DNA from: Chiloscyllium plagiosum
Taxonomy: Eukaryota
NCBI RefSeq assembly: GCF_004010195.1
Contig: NC_057749.1
Span: forward strand, 12,561,773-12,612,597
Direction of reading: 5' to 3'
DNA: 50,825 bases
Below the pieces are notes generated by a model. It did not search any database. It was not told where the DNA came from and was given only the letters and a program-made list of their open reading frames with translations. The first letter of the stretch is position 1. Each line of letters starts with the position of its first letter. This document shows positions 11,589-24,346 of this stretch, in pieces. A program made the translations under genes and the position numbers.

Positions 11589-12208
11589 CAATTTTTATTT
11601 ATATTGTCAGTCCAATTGAATTTCTCATAAACTGTAGTACCCAGAATGCTGATATGGGATCTGAAAGGTGGAATGCTTGCTAAGAAAGCTTTGGAACAGT
11701 GCAATCCGGAGGTAAAATAGAAGATAGTTTCAGTAGCAATTTGTCTCAGGTACAAGCGAAAGTAGATGTGGGTGTCACTATGACAGTGGGGGTCACTATG
11801 ATGGAGAGGATGTAGATTTGGAAGCAGAATCATATGGAATGACAAACCATTCGATTCAGCCATAGCAGCGACTAAGGAATGGATTGAATGATGAGGGAAT
11901 AGAGTTTTTTTGCAGCAATTGAGGATCATGTCTCCACATTTCATGATGGATATTGGAGATCATCAATGACTGAGTTTCAATCTCTAATACTTCTTCACTT
12001 AGCATTGTATTTAATCCACAAAAGAAACAACATTAAATAGATGGTGAGGGAAGTATAGAAATTAGTGAAGAAGGTGTTTGATATTCAGCTAATCTATCAG
12101 AGTAGTCAATATCTCCAGTGTATGCAAAGGTTTGTTCACAGAGAGAATGGAACTTTGTGAATTACAAATGTAATTCTGTGTAAAATTTTCCTTCCTTCCT
12201 GGATCCAG

Positions 12209-12403
12209 GATATATCATATATTACAGCACAGATATCAGTGCAGAGATCCATGACTGGGTGATTGAGCCGGTGGTGGGAGACAGACTGACACACCAGATC
12301 CAAGATCTCACTCTCGATACTAGTTATTTCTTCAAAATCCAAGCCCGGAATTCCAAAGGCATGGGGCCCTTGTCTGAGTTCGTCCAGTTCCGCACACCCA
12401 AAG
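12209..12403 (+). CDS. neo1: Neogenin exon, FNIII-6 second part ([65 protein letters not shown])
   Basis: atccag|GA...AAAG|gtaagg, 195 nt. Confidence 0.97.
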
Positions 12404-12789
12404 GTAAGGGATGAGTCTTAGCTTTTCCATCATTACCGAAGTTCCACAGGGTCATCCCTCAGTCACAGAGGCTGCATTCTACTACCAATATCAAGTGATT
12501 CAGTAACTTCAAGGAGAAATAAACAATTTCACTAAAATTCTGTCAGGTTTTGATTTACCGTATAAGATTGATACTCATGAATTTTTAAAATAAAAATGAT
12601 CAATACACAAAGCATAGAGAGACTGGAGTTTAGGGTAATTAATTTACAAATTAAAAGATGCCATTGTGGTGGCAGAATGGCTGACGGGTTACTGCTGCAG
12701 CATGTGGAAGCTGCTGGACACCAAGGTGATTCAGAGTGAACATATCTGAAGCAGTTCCAGGTACTTTGGATCTGAGTTGAGGACGGAGG

Positions 12790-13870
12790 TTGTATTTGAG
12801 GAACCTCAGGTTTTTGTAGGCTGTGGGAAGAGCATGGGGACTGCAGGGAGGATGAATGAACTGACCATGACACCATGGTACAGGGAGTATTCATGTGGGG
12901 GGTGGCAATGGGAATGCAGTAGTGATAGGGTCATTATCATTAGGGGGATAGGTACTATTCTTGGAAACCATAAGCAGGAGTCCTGAAGGCACAAAATAGA
13001 TGGGAAAGCAAGTGATGAGGATGACAGAGTCTGCAGAGGGGTATAGACAAATTAAGTGGGAGGACAGAAACTTAGCTGAAGGAGTATGATGTGGGAAAAT
13101 GAGACTTCATGCGCGTTGGCAAGGAGAATAGAGGAGTTGAGTTTTATTTAAATGGAGAAAAACTGCAGAAAACTGCAGCACAGAGAGATTTGGGACGCCT
13201 TATGCTTAAATCACAAAAAGATAGTATCCAAATTCAGCAAGTAACAAGGAAGGCAAGCAGAATGTTGGGCCTTCATTTCAATGACAGTGGAGTATAAGAA
13301 TAGGGAAGTATTGCTAAAACTCTACTAGGTGCTACTTTGAACATAGCAAGAATACTATGAATACTAGTTTTGATCCCCTTATCTAAGGAAAGATATACCA
13401 GCATTGGAGGCAGTCCAGAGAAGGTTCACTTGAATGACCCTGGGTATGGAGGTATTTTCTCATGAGATATTGAGTATGTTGGACCTGTACTTGCTGGAGT
13501 TCAAAAGAATGAGAGGAGACCTTACTGAAACACACAAGGTTCTTCAAGGATTTGACAGGATCAATGAGGAAAGGATCTTGTAGGAGAGTGTAGGACCAGA
13601 GGCCATAATCTCAGAATAAGGGGTCACGCATTTAAAACAGATGAGGAATTTCTTCTTGCAGAGATTGGTGAATCTATGGAATTCGTTACCACAAAGGGCT
13701 GTCAAGGATGGGTCATTAAGTATGTTCAAGGCTGAGAGAGAGAGATTTTTAATCTGTCAAGGACAATAGGGATAAAGCAGGAAAGTGGAGCTGAGGATTA
13801 TCAGATCAGCAATGATCTCATTGAATGGGGGAGCAGACTTGATGGGACTGAATGTTCTACTTCTGCTCCC
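12790..13870 (+). mobile_element. Decayed CR1-like LINE (3' ORF2 and tail, with deletions)
   Basis: QRDLG...QQV.RKA.RMLG remnants (ORF 13109-13297); tail gatcagcaatgatctcattgaatgg. Confidence 0.75.
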
Positions 13871-14561
13871 ATTCTGCTTGCCTTCCTTGTTACTTGTTTG
13901 ATGTTATTATACTGTGTTATGAAGAGATTTCAGAACAACTGGGAAATGCACAGAATGGGGAGATTGGTCAAATGCACAAACAGTAATCAGAGAAGTGTTC
14001 ACATAACTGTTAACGGTGTATAGTTATTGGATGTGTGTGTGTGATAATGGTGTGGGATTAGAGACCTCTTCTGTGTATATATGGAAAAAAGCCTTTATAT
14101 TCAAATTTGTATAATCTGTGCAGAAATACTCTGGCAGTTTTGGTTATTTGCACTTTGGAGATTGTGCTGCGGATGGGTGTCTGGAATAATGAATTGTCTT
14201 GCAATGTTTAATTTTCGTCTTGATCTAATTTCTGTCTCAGTTTTGCTGTGACTAAAGTTCACTGGCTTGAGATGGGTAGGAGGGGCAAGGGTTATCATGA
14301 GTCCATTTCTACATTGAGTGGTTGAGTGAGAGGTTTAGTCACCTGTCTGCATATCTTATTATTTGGGAATGGAATTGAAGCTACTGACCACTGCCTGTGG
14401 CTTTGCATGTGGTTAAACTGCTCTCTACCTCAGCCAATGACCGTCCATGTTTTTTGCTGCTGTGATATGTTTGTGTCTGGTTGAATTTTTGATTAACCTC
14501 ATCTTTCTCTTGTTGGATTGAATCGCTTTTGATGTTCTCTCTTGTATCCCTGACCTGTTAG

Positions 14562-14594
14562 CTGAGTCATCAGACAAAATGGCTAATGACCAAG
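14562..14594 (+). CDS. neo1: Neogenin 33-nt cassette exon (AESSDKMANDQ)
   Basis: tgttag|CT...CAAG|gtaact, phase 1-1; matches recalled mammalian 11-aa alternative segment ADSSDKMPNDQ. Confidence 0.92.
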
Positions 14595-15429
14595 GTAACT
14601 GCACTCAGCCTTGTTCATTCTGGTTCATCCCTGTGCTTGTTGGTAGTTTATCACTTGCTTATCATTTGCCGTTTCCTGCCATTTAACCCTTTGATATTTT
14701 TTGGTCCTCAGTTAAGTATGAGTCAGGTCAGTGTTGCAGGTTTAATTCCCCACAGCATCATGTGTCTCTCTGCTGCAGCTATCCACGAGGTCCTGAGTAC
14801 AATTGGACCAATACAGCATACTGGTCAAAGTCAAACCACTCCCCAGAGGATGACTAACTCAACGCATTCCTAGAAAAGACAAAATGGAAATCGCATAAGA
14901 ATCATATATTTATATTTTTACATTTATAGGAAAACGAAGTATTAAATTTTTCACTTTGCATGTGGAGCATTTTCATCTTAACCTAAGCTGTTTCAACAGC
15001 TCACAATATAATAAGGGCTGTATATATCTGGATTGAATAAATGTGTGTCTAGTTTAGTCAAAGTGTGTCGTCTATGTTCTTTGAAGACATTTTTTGTGCA
15101 GACTCCAACTCCTCCAAGTGTGGATTCTTGGCTGGGAACAAGTTCATGATCACCAGATCCCTTCCATTACCTCAGCTTATTGGTCAGTGAGGGCCAATCA
15201 AAGTGAGTCAAATGTAACCCTGTGGGAGGATTCCTTTCTGTACCAGTGGCCTGACCAGTAGTGAACCTCTTCGCTGTCAGTTTTTGCAGAAGGTGTATCT
15301 GTGTTGAAGAACCCCTTGTGCTTGTCTTTCTGCGTCAGCAGCACCTCTCTTGACCTGTGCTGTAGGGAGAACTTAAGGTGGTAGTATCTCCATGTGTCTG
15401 ATGTCGTTATCTTATGAGATAATGGATAG

Positions 15430-16445
15430 GACATGTTTAGAAGGTGCTCTTGAAGTGCGTTGGGAGTTACTACAGTGAATCTTGTAGGCGGTGCTCATTG
15501 CTGCCACTGTGCATCAGTGAAAGAAGTGAAAGAAGTGAATGGTGAAGGTTTTGGATGGAGTGCCAATTAAACAGGCTGCTGTCTTGAATAATGTTGAACT
15601 TCTTGAGTGTTGTTGGAGCTATACCCATCCATGTGAGTGGTGATCATTCCATCATACTACTGACTTTGTGCCTTATAGGTTGGGGAGGAGCTGTTCAAGT
15701 TATTCACTGCAGAATTTCTAGCCTTTGACCTTGCAGAGCATTTCTATAGCTAGTCTAGTTCTGTCTCTCATCAATGGTAACCTCCAGAATGATGCCAATG
15801 GGGCATTTAAGGATGGTAATGCCATTGAACATTATGGGGCCGTAGTTAGATTCTGACTCTGTTTGGAGATGGCCATTGCCAAGGCTGAATGTTGTGAGTG
15901 TGCATTGTTTTTTCATCTGAGGAACTACACATTAACCCCCATACTGACCATTGGAGTTTTGGTCCCCTTACCTCACTGGCATTTGGAGGCAGTTGGCTGA
16001 TACCAGGTATGGAGAGACTGTCTTATAAGGAGATGTTGAGTAGGTTGGACCTATACTCACTGGAATTTAGAAGAATGAGAGATGACTTTATTGAAATGTG
16101 CAGCATTCTTAGGGATCCTGACAGAGTAGATGCAGATAAGATACTTCCCCTTGTTAGAGTGTGTAGAAGGGCATCATTTCAGAATAAGGGGTCACCCATT
16201 TAAGACAGAGATAAAGGTAGAATTTCTCTAGAGGCTAATAAATCTTTGGAGCTCCTTTGTGTAGAGGCTGTGTCATTAACTATATTTAAGGCTGAGATGA
16301 AAAGATTTTTAATCAGTAAATAATTAAAAGTGGTAGACATAAGGCAAGAAAATGGATTTGCAGATTATCAGATAAGCCATGAGCTCATAGTCTGATAGAA
16401 TAGACCTGATGGGCTGAATGATCTCATACTGCCCCTGCATCTTAA
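15430..16445. mobile_element. Adjacent decayed LINE fragments (15430-15900 minus; ~15995-16445 plus CR1 3' end)
   Basis: IPGMERLSYKEMLSRLDLYSLEFRRMRDD in ORF 15898-16203; similarity to other copies in the window. Confidence 0.65.
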
Positions 16446-18270
16446 CACTGTATAACATTCTGACCTTATTTTGGAGGGAACAGCTAAAGATGATTTGACC
16501 TTAGATACCATTCAGAAGGATTCTTCGAGCAATGATTAATCTCTAACAGCCACAACAATCTTCCTTCGTATTAGGTATGACTCCAGGTTCTCCAATGTTT
16601 CTGCCATATTTCCACTGACTCTGATATTGCTTTCCTGTCACCCTCCGCCATTTGTTTCATCTTAGTCATTCTCCCTTTTACCTCAGCACTTCAACACTTA
16701 TGCACATTCTGGGATCAAAGCTACAGTGATGTCTGATGTCACACAATCTTGGTGAATTCTAATGAGTATCAGTGAGCATTTTATTGGTGAATAGATATAA
16801 CCTTATATAAGGAGATGTTGAGTATGTCCAGTGGACCTATACTTACTGGAGTCATCTGTAGATGTCTCCAGCACTTTGTCCTCCTTTGGGACCAAGGTTG
16901 GTGTGAAGTTACAAAGGTACCAGCTGTTACAGTGTGGACTGCTGCCATTCCAGGTCAGAGTGTGTTGGTTTCACAGCCCCACACTGTGTGTCAGCTGTGA
17001 ACACCATTAACCAGGCCTAGGGACTGCAGTTCTTCATGTTAAGTGGTCAGTTGCAATCTGTAGCCAGTCAGCGACAGCTAGACCTGAAAAGGAATCTACT
17101 GATTGGATCCTGGCAATCTAGGAACTTGTTAAAGATCTCTTTTGATTAGTCACTGTGTGATTTGGGTGCTACTGATCTGAAATTCTCTTCATCTTGAAGC
17201 AAGACTGACTTTTCCTTTGTATTTCCAAGTGAAAGGGAAGACAGCAGTTTTGTTCTGATCCCACTCTTTGACTTTGCCTTTCTCAATGCTGATTTTTGAG
17301 ACTTGTTTGCTCTTCCGCGGCAGCTTCTCCTTTGAACAGTCCCAAGCTGCGTCCAGCACTTAATGAAGATTAAATATTTCCCTTCAGATTACAGGGGGGC
17401 TTACATAAAGGGGGGGGGGGGATGGAATTAGTCTGAAATCCCCCCACATCACTACTTGCCTTGAAGCTGCTGTCTTTTAGTAGACCTCAGTTTCCGACAC
17501 ACCACCTGCCCAATGAGTGGGAGCTGGAGGCTGAGTGTGAGCTGAGTGTTGTGGATGTGAATGCTGGCTGACTGTGAGTGGGCAGTGTGGATGAGAGCTG
17601 CGTGCTGTGCAAGATCCAGTTTATGCTCCTTTATACCATCTCCCAAACCATTTGAACATAATTGAGTTGAATGTATAAACTCCCCTGCACCCAACCTCCA
17701 GTTCCCACAGCTGAGATTAGTTATTTCAATACTGACCGGGTACAAGGGAGACCTTGAGCTGCTTGTATCGCTGTCTCAAATATGACAGTGGCAATTCCAC
17801 CAAGGCACTGGTAATTGGTTGGCTGGGACTGTGCCATCACCAGTATCCTGAACCTTTGTGTAAAAAATAATTAAAAGAATTGAGGAAATGATTGAACTGT
17901 TTAAATATTCGTGCTTGAATACAGCTTGGTGTTAGTTCAAAGGCTGTTACTTTAATACGGGAGGTGGCTTAGCTGATGTTTTCTAACATTGTCCAAACAG
18001 TTATTACAGTGTCTTTTCTGTCTGTAACTTTCTTGTGCTCCAACCAAACATGGAAAGGGGCTGTTGTCTGTTTATACCTGTTGATCTGTTTTGGTGTTCT
18101 GTTTGCTTGTAATTCTTTAATTATTCTTATTAATAGTTGTTCCTACTGCACAGTTTTTTTTTCTCTTGTTCATTTTGATCTGTCTGTAAATTCATCCCTA
18201 ACATCCTGCTATTTGCCAATATTTTCTTTAAATCTTTCATGCAATGTAGACATCGCTGGCTGGGCTGGCA

Positions 18271-20500
18271 TGTAGAAACCACAGACAGGATACAGCACAG
18301 AAGGGGATCATTCAGCCCATGTTGTCCATGCCAACCCAAAGACACCCAGATACCTTTTGAAAGAATTTAGAATCTCCGCCTCCACCACCAACTCAGGCAG
18401 CGAACTCCAGACACTCAGCACCCTCTGCATTTAAAAAAAAGTCTTTCCTCACTTCCCCCTCAAATACTTCTAACATAGAATCATAGAGATGTGCAGCATG
18501 GAAACGGACCCTTCCGTCACCCCTCAGCTTCCGACGCTCCAGGGAAAACAGCCCCAGCTTATTCAACCTCTCCCTGTAGCTCAAATCCTCCAACCCTGGC
18601 AACATCCTTGTAAATCTTTTCTGAACCCTTTCAAGTTTCTCAACATCCTTCTGATAGGAAGTAAACCAGAATTGCACGCAATATTCCAAAAGTGGCCTAA
18701 CCAATGTCCTGTATAGCTGCAACATGACCTCCCAACTCCTGTACTCAATACTCTGACCAATAAAGGAAAGCATACCAAACACCTTCTTCACTAACCTATC
18801 TACCTGCAACTCCACTTTCAAGGAGCTATGAAGCTGCACTCCAAGGCCTCACTGTTCAACAACACTCCCTAGGACCTTACTATTAAGTGTATAAGTGCTG
18901 CTAAGAATTGCTTTCCCAAATGTAGCACCTCGCATTTATTTGAATTAAACTCCATCTGCCACTTTTAACCCATTGGCCCATCTGGTCCAGATCCTGTTGT
19001 AATTTGAGATAATCTTCTTCGCTGTCCACTACACCTCCAATTTTGGTGTCATCTGCAAACTTACTAACTGTACCTCTTATGCTCGCATCCAAATCATTTA
19101 TATAAATGACGAAAATAAGTGGCCCCAGCCCCGATCCTTGTGGCACTCCACTGGTCACAGGCCTCTAGTCTTAAAAGCAACCCTCCACCATCACCCTCTG
19201 TCTTCTACCTTTGAATCAGTTCTGTATCCAAATGGCTAGTTCTCCCTGTATTCCATGAGATCAAACCTTGCTAACCAGTCTCCCATGGGGAACCTTGTTG
19301 AATGCCTTACTGAAGTCCATATAGATCGTGTCCACCACTCTGCCCTCATCAATCCTCATTGTTACTTCTTCAAAAAAACTCAATCAACTTTGTGAGACAT
19401 GATTTCCCACGCTCAAAGCCATGTTGACTATCCCTAATCAGTCAATGCCTTTCCAAATACAAGTACATCCTGTCCCTCAGGGTTCCATCCAACAACTGTC
19501 AGGCTCTCTGGTCTATATTTTCCTGGCTGTCCTTACCATCCTTCTTAAACAGTCGCACCACGTTAGCCAACCTCCAGTCTTCCAGCACCTCAGCTGTGAC
19601 TATCGATGATACAAATATCTCAGCAAGGGGCCCAGCAATTACTTCTCATGCTTCCCACAGAGTTCTAGGGTACACCTGATCAGGTCCTGGGGATTTATCC
19701 ACTTTTGTGTGTTTCAAGACATCCAGCACTTCTTCCTCTATACTATGGATATTTTTCACTTAGCTTGAATCTATGACCCCTGGTTTTTGAACTCTCTACC
19801 AAGAGAAACAGGTTCCTCCTGTCGACTCTACCCTTCACAAATGTGTATACATCAGTGCTTCACATGTGTAATGAACTTCCTGAGGAAGTGGTTGATGTGG
19901 GCACATTACAACGCTTAAAAAAACATTTGGATAAGTGCATCATTAGGAAAGGTTTGGGGAGATTTGGGCCAGGAGCAGGCAGATGGGATTAATGTAGTTT
20001 GGGATTATGTTTGGTATGAACTGGTTGGGCCAAAGAGTCTGTTTCCTTGCTGTATGACTCTGTCACCCCTCAGCCTTTTCTTTTCCAAGGAAAACACCCA
20101 ATCTCTCCTCATAGCTACAATTCTCCAGCCATGGCAACATACTGTAAATCATCTCTGCATTCTCTCCAGATCAATTATGCCCTTCCTATAATGTGGTGAC
20201 CATCACTGTCCCCATCATTCGAACTGTGGCCTCACCAGTGTCTTATAATGTCAACATTATATCCCTACTTGTGGCTCCAATTTGACAGATTACTCTGTTT
20301 TCCAAGGACTTTTACTATTTTGACCAGTCTGCCATGTGGGACCTTGTCAAATGCATTCGTAAAATTCTTGTAAAATGCTGGACGTTATTCACTGTTTTAC
20401 CTTCATCAATCCTCCTTTTCACTTCCTCAAACAATTCAATCAACCTTGTAAGGTATGAGCTTCCCATAACAAAGCCATGCTCACTATCCTGACTATTCCA
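18271..20500 (-). mobile_element. Nested CR1-like LINE cluster; younger copy ~18470-19755 inside an older copy; plus-strand tail fragment ~19855-20020
   Basis: RT motifs SGVPQGS.LGP..F.IYINDL, KFADDTK and LVRPLLEYCVQFW (ORFs 18901-19158, 18393-18839). Confidence 0.85.
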
Positions 20501-21008
20501 TTGTCGCCTGTCCTTTGTTACCCTTGAAGTGAGGCTTGCTATACCTGTGAGAGGGATGTTAAGAGTCAGCCATCTTGTTGTGGGTCTGGAGTCACATGCA
20601 ATTTAGACTGGGTAAGGAAGTAGAATTCCATCCCTAAAGGAGGTGAATTTAAATTAGTGAACGATCATGCTGGCATTGTCAGCATTTTACTGAGATTCGC
20701 TTCATTTTCCAAATTCAAAATTAGTTGAAAACTGCTGTGTTGGAATTTGACCCATGTCTATTACCATCACTCTTCTTGTAACACCCAACCCTTCCTCCAA
20801 AAACAGTATACAACAATTCATTGATTTGGAAATGTTCCCAAGTCTCTTGGGGTGAAAAGGTGCTTTATAGAATTGAATAGTTTATTCTTGTGTGTGCTTT
20901 TACAGAAAAAATATAGTAAAACATTGTATAAGTCACCTTACCTCGGCAAATCCCTGTGGTCCATGAATCCCAGAACCTAGTACACAGCTCCCAACCCCAG
21001 CTTGGAGT

Positions 21009-21105
21009 GTCAGTGCTGAGGGAGCGCCGCACTGTCGGAGGGTCAGTGCTGAGGGAGCGCCGCACTGTCGGAGGGTCAGTGCTGAGGGAGGGCCGCACTG
21101 TTGGA
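21009..21105 (+). repeat. 33-bp tandem repeat (~3 units) within a Deu-domain SINE relic
   Basis: gtcagtgctgagggagcgccgcactgtcggagg at 21009, 21042 and 21075, followed by degenerate Deu-like gatgggatgctaaaac. Confidence 0.8.
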
Positions 21106-21938
21106 AATGCTGTGTTTTAGATGGGATGCTAAAACAAGTGTGCTTCTCAGAAGGATATCCTGAACAATATTTATCCAATTAATGTGGCCATTATCTTATT
21201 GTGAGACTTGAAATACCTAATTGATCACAATCCTTCCCTGTAATTCTGAGATGGGATGATGAGATTTGACACAGCTTTAAATTACTCAGTCTAATCAAAC
21301 TGAAAACAATGACTCTCACAACAAAATGCAGCATGTATTGCTCAGACCCCTATTGTCACGACGATTCTTTTAGAGATGCTTATTGGCTGGCTAAAGCAAA
21401 TGTTCTGGTTGGTTGTGCTGACGGCCATTTTACCAAGCAGTAACCAGGAAAATATCCATGCAGAAAAGTCAAAAATCATTCTCGCTAACTGCTTTCCATC
21501 TTATCAGTGGCCCAATTAAATGATCCAACCGGTAATGGAGTTTGTTTCTCCATTGACCAATGAAAAATACAATTGGTCATTTCTGGATTCTCAAAAAACC
21601 ACACACATGACCTGTTTAATTCTTGTTTCCTCCTGACAAGTCACTGTATAATGAACAGAAATGTCTGTGTTAATAAACTACTTTAACAATGCACCAGACA
21701 GCAGCCAATGATTAATAAGAAATAGTATAATGTCTTGTTCATCAAAGGGTTAAGGTGCACTTTCCATTTCAGCATTTTCACTGTGTTCTTCTTGCTGAAA
21801 GTGTTGCCATTGTTCCTCACACTGTGCCTTCCCTGTGTGTTTGTCGGGGTCAGTGGTAGTTGGTGTACAGTCTCAATGTTGGCTTTCTTGAACGGATTGT
21901 TTGAATCAACTGGATTAATAACTCTTGTGTCTCCACAG

Positions 21939-22016
21939 CACTTGGATCATCTGGAAAATTTGGGAAAATCCCTCCAATGATGGACTCTGGTTCGGATACA
22001 AGACACTCCATCAGTG
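21939..22016 (+). CDS. neo1: Neogenin juxtamembrane exon (ALGSSGKFGKIPPMMDSGSDTRHSIS)
   Basis: ccacag|CA...AGTG|gtaatt, 78 nt, phase 1-1; aligns to A(S/L)GS.GKGSRLPDLGSDYKPPMS. Confidence 0.85.
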
Positions 22017-22094
22017 GTAATTACTTCGTGTTTCTATTTCTTTCACTGTGTTATTAAGAAACGTTCAGAAGTAGCATAAATATCAAATGGAACT

Positions 22095-22395
22095 ACCTCC
22101 CCTGACTCCTCCCTTTACCAACATGATCCCATGGCCTCCCCCTCTACCTACGTGACCCTGTGAACCCTCTTTCTACCCTGACGACCCCCAGGTGAGCCCT
22201 CCGTAACCGACATTACTAATACGACTAAACCTCACACCCTAATACCACAATCCCCAGTGACCTCATACCCCATGTCTTCCAGTGACCTCTCGCCTACCCA
22301 CATGATTCCCAGTGACCCATCCTGCAATCTCCATGACTCCTTGTGAGTCCTCCCCTATTCACATGACCTGGTAACCCTTCTTGTCTCCTTGACAC
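22095..22395. repeat. Degenerate C-rich tandem/low-complexity region
   Basis: Recurring catgac/gtgaccc/ccctctacc motifs at roughly 30-nt spacing. Confidence 0.55.
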
Positions 22396-22721
22396 GTGCA
22401 CACACCCAGTCTTCTCTCACGTGGGTTTAGTAGCCAGGTAGAAATGAGCCCCTCGATGTATGTTCCACAGAAAACAACATTCTTGCTCTATTCTTGGGTT
22501 TGGGGATAAGTGATCAAGATCCTGACCAGAAACAATTTCTGTCTGTGCATCCATCATCTCTGGGTATCAAGTCTTGCTGGGACTGACAGCCTTGATTTTG
22601 GGGCCCAGGGAGTGACCCTGACATTGAATCCCTTGGTTTATTTGGGTCCTGACCCTACTCCCATCAACTTATGTCATTTTATTGACTGTTTGGAGAACTG
22701 GATTTGGTGATTTGTCCACAG

Positions 22722-22869
22722 GTCACAACAGTCCCCATGGCAGCCCTACCTCGAGCCTGGATAGCAACATGATGCTGATTATCATCATCTCGGCAGGAGT
22801 CTTCACAATTATCATTGTGGTCATCATTGCATTGATCTGCACTCGAAGGACTAACTACCAGCAGAAAAA
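22722..22869 (+). CDS. neo1: Neogenin transmembrane exon ([49 protein letters not shown])
   Basis: ccacag|GT...AAAAA|gtgaga, 148 nt, phase 1-2; long hydrophobic stretch followed by basic residues. Confidence 0.96.
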
Positions 22870-23273
22870 GTGAGAATTTATTTGATAGACTGAATGTTAT
22901 GGTTTGGACAGTGAATGTTCCACTCTATAATTAGATTCACATCAAAGCCAAATCGAGCTTTACCTACATTTGTCTTGATCCAGTATTCAACAGACATGTG
23001 ACAACACAAAACTGTCCTTATTTTGGCATTGACAGTAAGCTCACCAAAGCAAGAGAACAATTGCAACGTCATAGTGGAAAAGTAAATGGTTCTTTTTTGA
23101 ATTGAAGCAATGTTATTGGACTGTGTACAGTGAGCTTTACTATGTATCTAATACTGTTGTACCTATCCTGGTTGTGTTTGATGGGGATAGTGGAGAGGAG
23201 CTATACTTTCAATTTAAGAGAGTAAAGGCAGTTTTACTCTCCAGTTAAAGAGTAGAGGGAGCTTTACTCTGTA

Positions 23274-23893
23274 TCTTGTGGTAATACTATGGCTTTAAGA
23301 GGTGTCTTTTGTCCTTCTTTTTTAATGAAGAAAGCTTGAGAATGGGGTGATGAGCAGTCTGCTTAAGCCAATGAAGTAAACAGCTTGTGGGGCCTTAGGC
23401 ATTTTTTTTAACCTTGGAAAAATAGAAGCAGCCTGAATGGGTGGAGCAAACTCCCACTGAAGCAGGATTTTTAGTTTTTACTAGCAATTGCTTGAAGCTG
23501 GATGTGGAAGCTGTTTTTCCTCTGCTACAGTTAAAAATTAGGTTCTCCTCCTGCTGCTAGAATTGCGTGAGAGACAGTCTATTTTATAAAAAAAGACTTT
23601 GCCTTTGCCAACGGTGTGTTCATGGGATGTTACTATATTGGAACAGTTACCATTTAGTAATTAAATAATCTATTATTCTTTTAAGTTTGCCAATACAGTT
23701 AAATTATTCTAATTCTTTATTATTTTAACTATAATCTGTGAATACAATGTGTTTTGCTTCAAGCCTGGTAGATTGACCCATTGAATCGCATCTGGAATGC
23801 AACGCCTGACACTTGCTTGTAAAATAAGAAAAAAAAATTAGGATCTAGGATACTACTACTTATATTTTATGGGGATTTGGTCTGGTCCATAAT
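23274..23893 (+). mobile_element. Probable old solo LTR inserted in a gagctttactctgtat-type repeat
   Basis: Ends resemble those of 48502-49223 (ggctttaagag near the start; ggggatttggtc..ccataata at the end); host repeat resumes on both sides (23130-23273, 23894-23970). Confidence 0.45.
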
Positions 23894-24110
23894 AATATAC
23901 CACTGTACTGTCCCTGTCCTTGAAGTGTTTGATTGGACAATGTGGAAGGAGCTTTACTGTGTATTTAATGTTGCCACTTTGTGCTTCTCTGGAGAGAATA
24001 TCCCTTTACTTTAGACATACAATAACAATATTAAAGGAAATTAAATGTGCAAAATCTTCAACTTCCTCCCCCTTCTCAAGGCCTGTCCCATTTGGTATTT
24101 CTCCATGTAG

Positions 24111-24346
24111 GAAGCGTGCAGCCTGTAAATCCGCTAATGGGTCTCACAAATACAAAGGGAATTCAAAGGATGTGAAACCCCCAGATCTCTGGATTCACCA
24201 TGAACGCCTGGAGCTGAAACCGATTGACAAGTCTCCAGATCCCAATCCAGTTATGACTGATACTCCCATTCCCCGTAATTCCCAGGACATTACTCCAGTG
24301 GAGAACGCCATGGACAAAGACCATCAACGTAGGAATTCCTACCTGG
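24111..24346 (+). CDS. neo1: Neogenin cytoplasmic exon with P1 motif ([15 protein letters not shown])
   Basis: atgtag|G...CTGG|gtgagt, 236 nt, phase 2-1; near-identical to recalled NEO1. Confidence 0.97.

Noticed and set aside
17409..17421. Poly-G runs here and at ~39092-39105 as G-quadruplex regulators
   Set aside because: Isolated homopolymers, error-prone in assemblies, with no supporting context
21009..21105. CRISPR-like array of 33-bp repeats
   Set aside because: Units are directly adjacent with no unique spacers, there are no cas genes, and the context is a vertebrate intron
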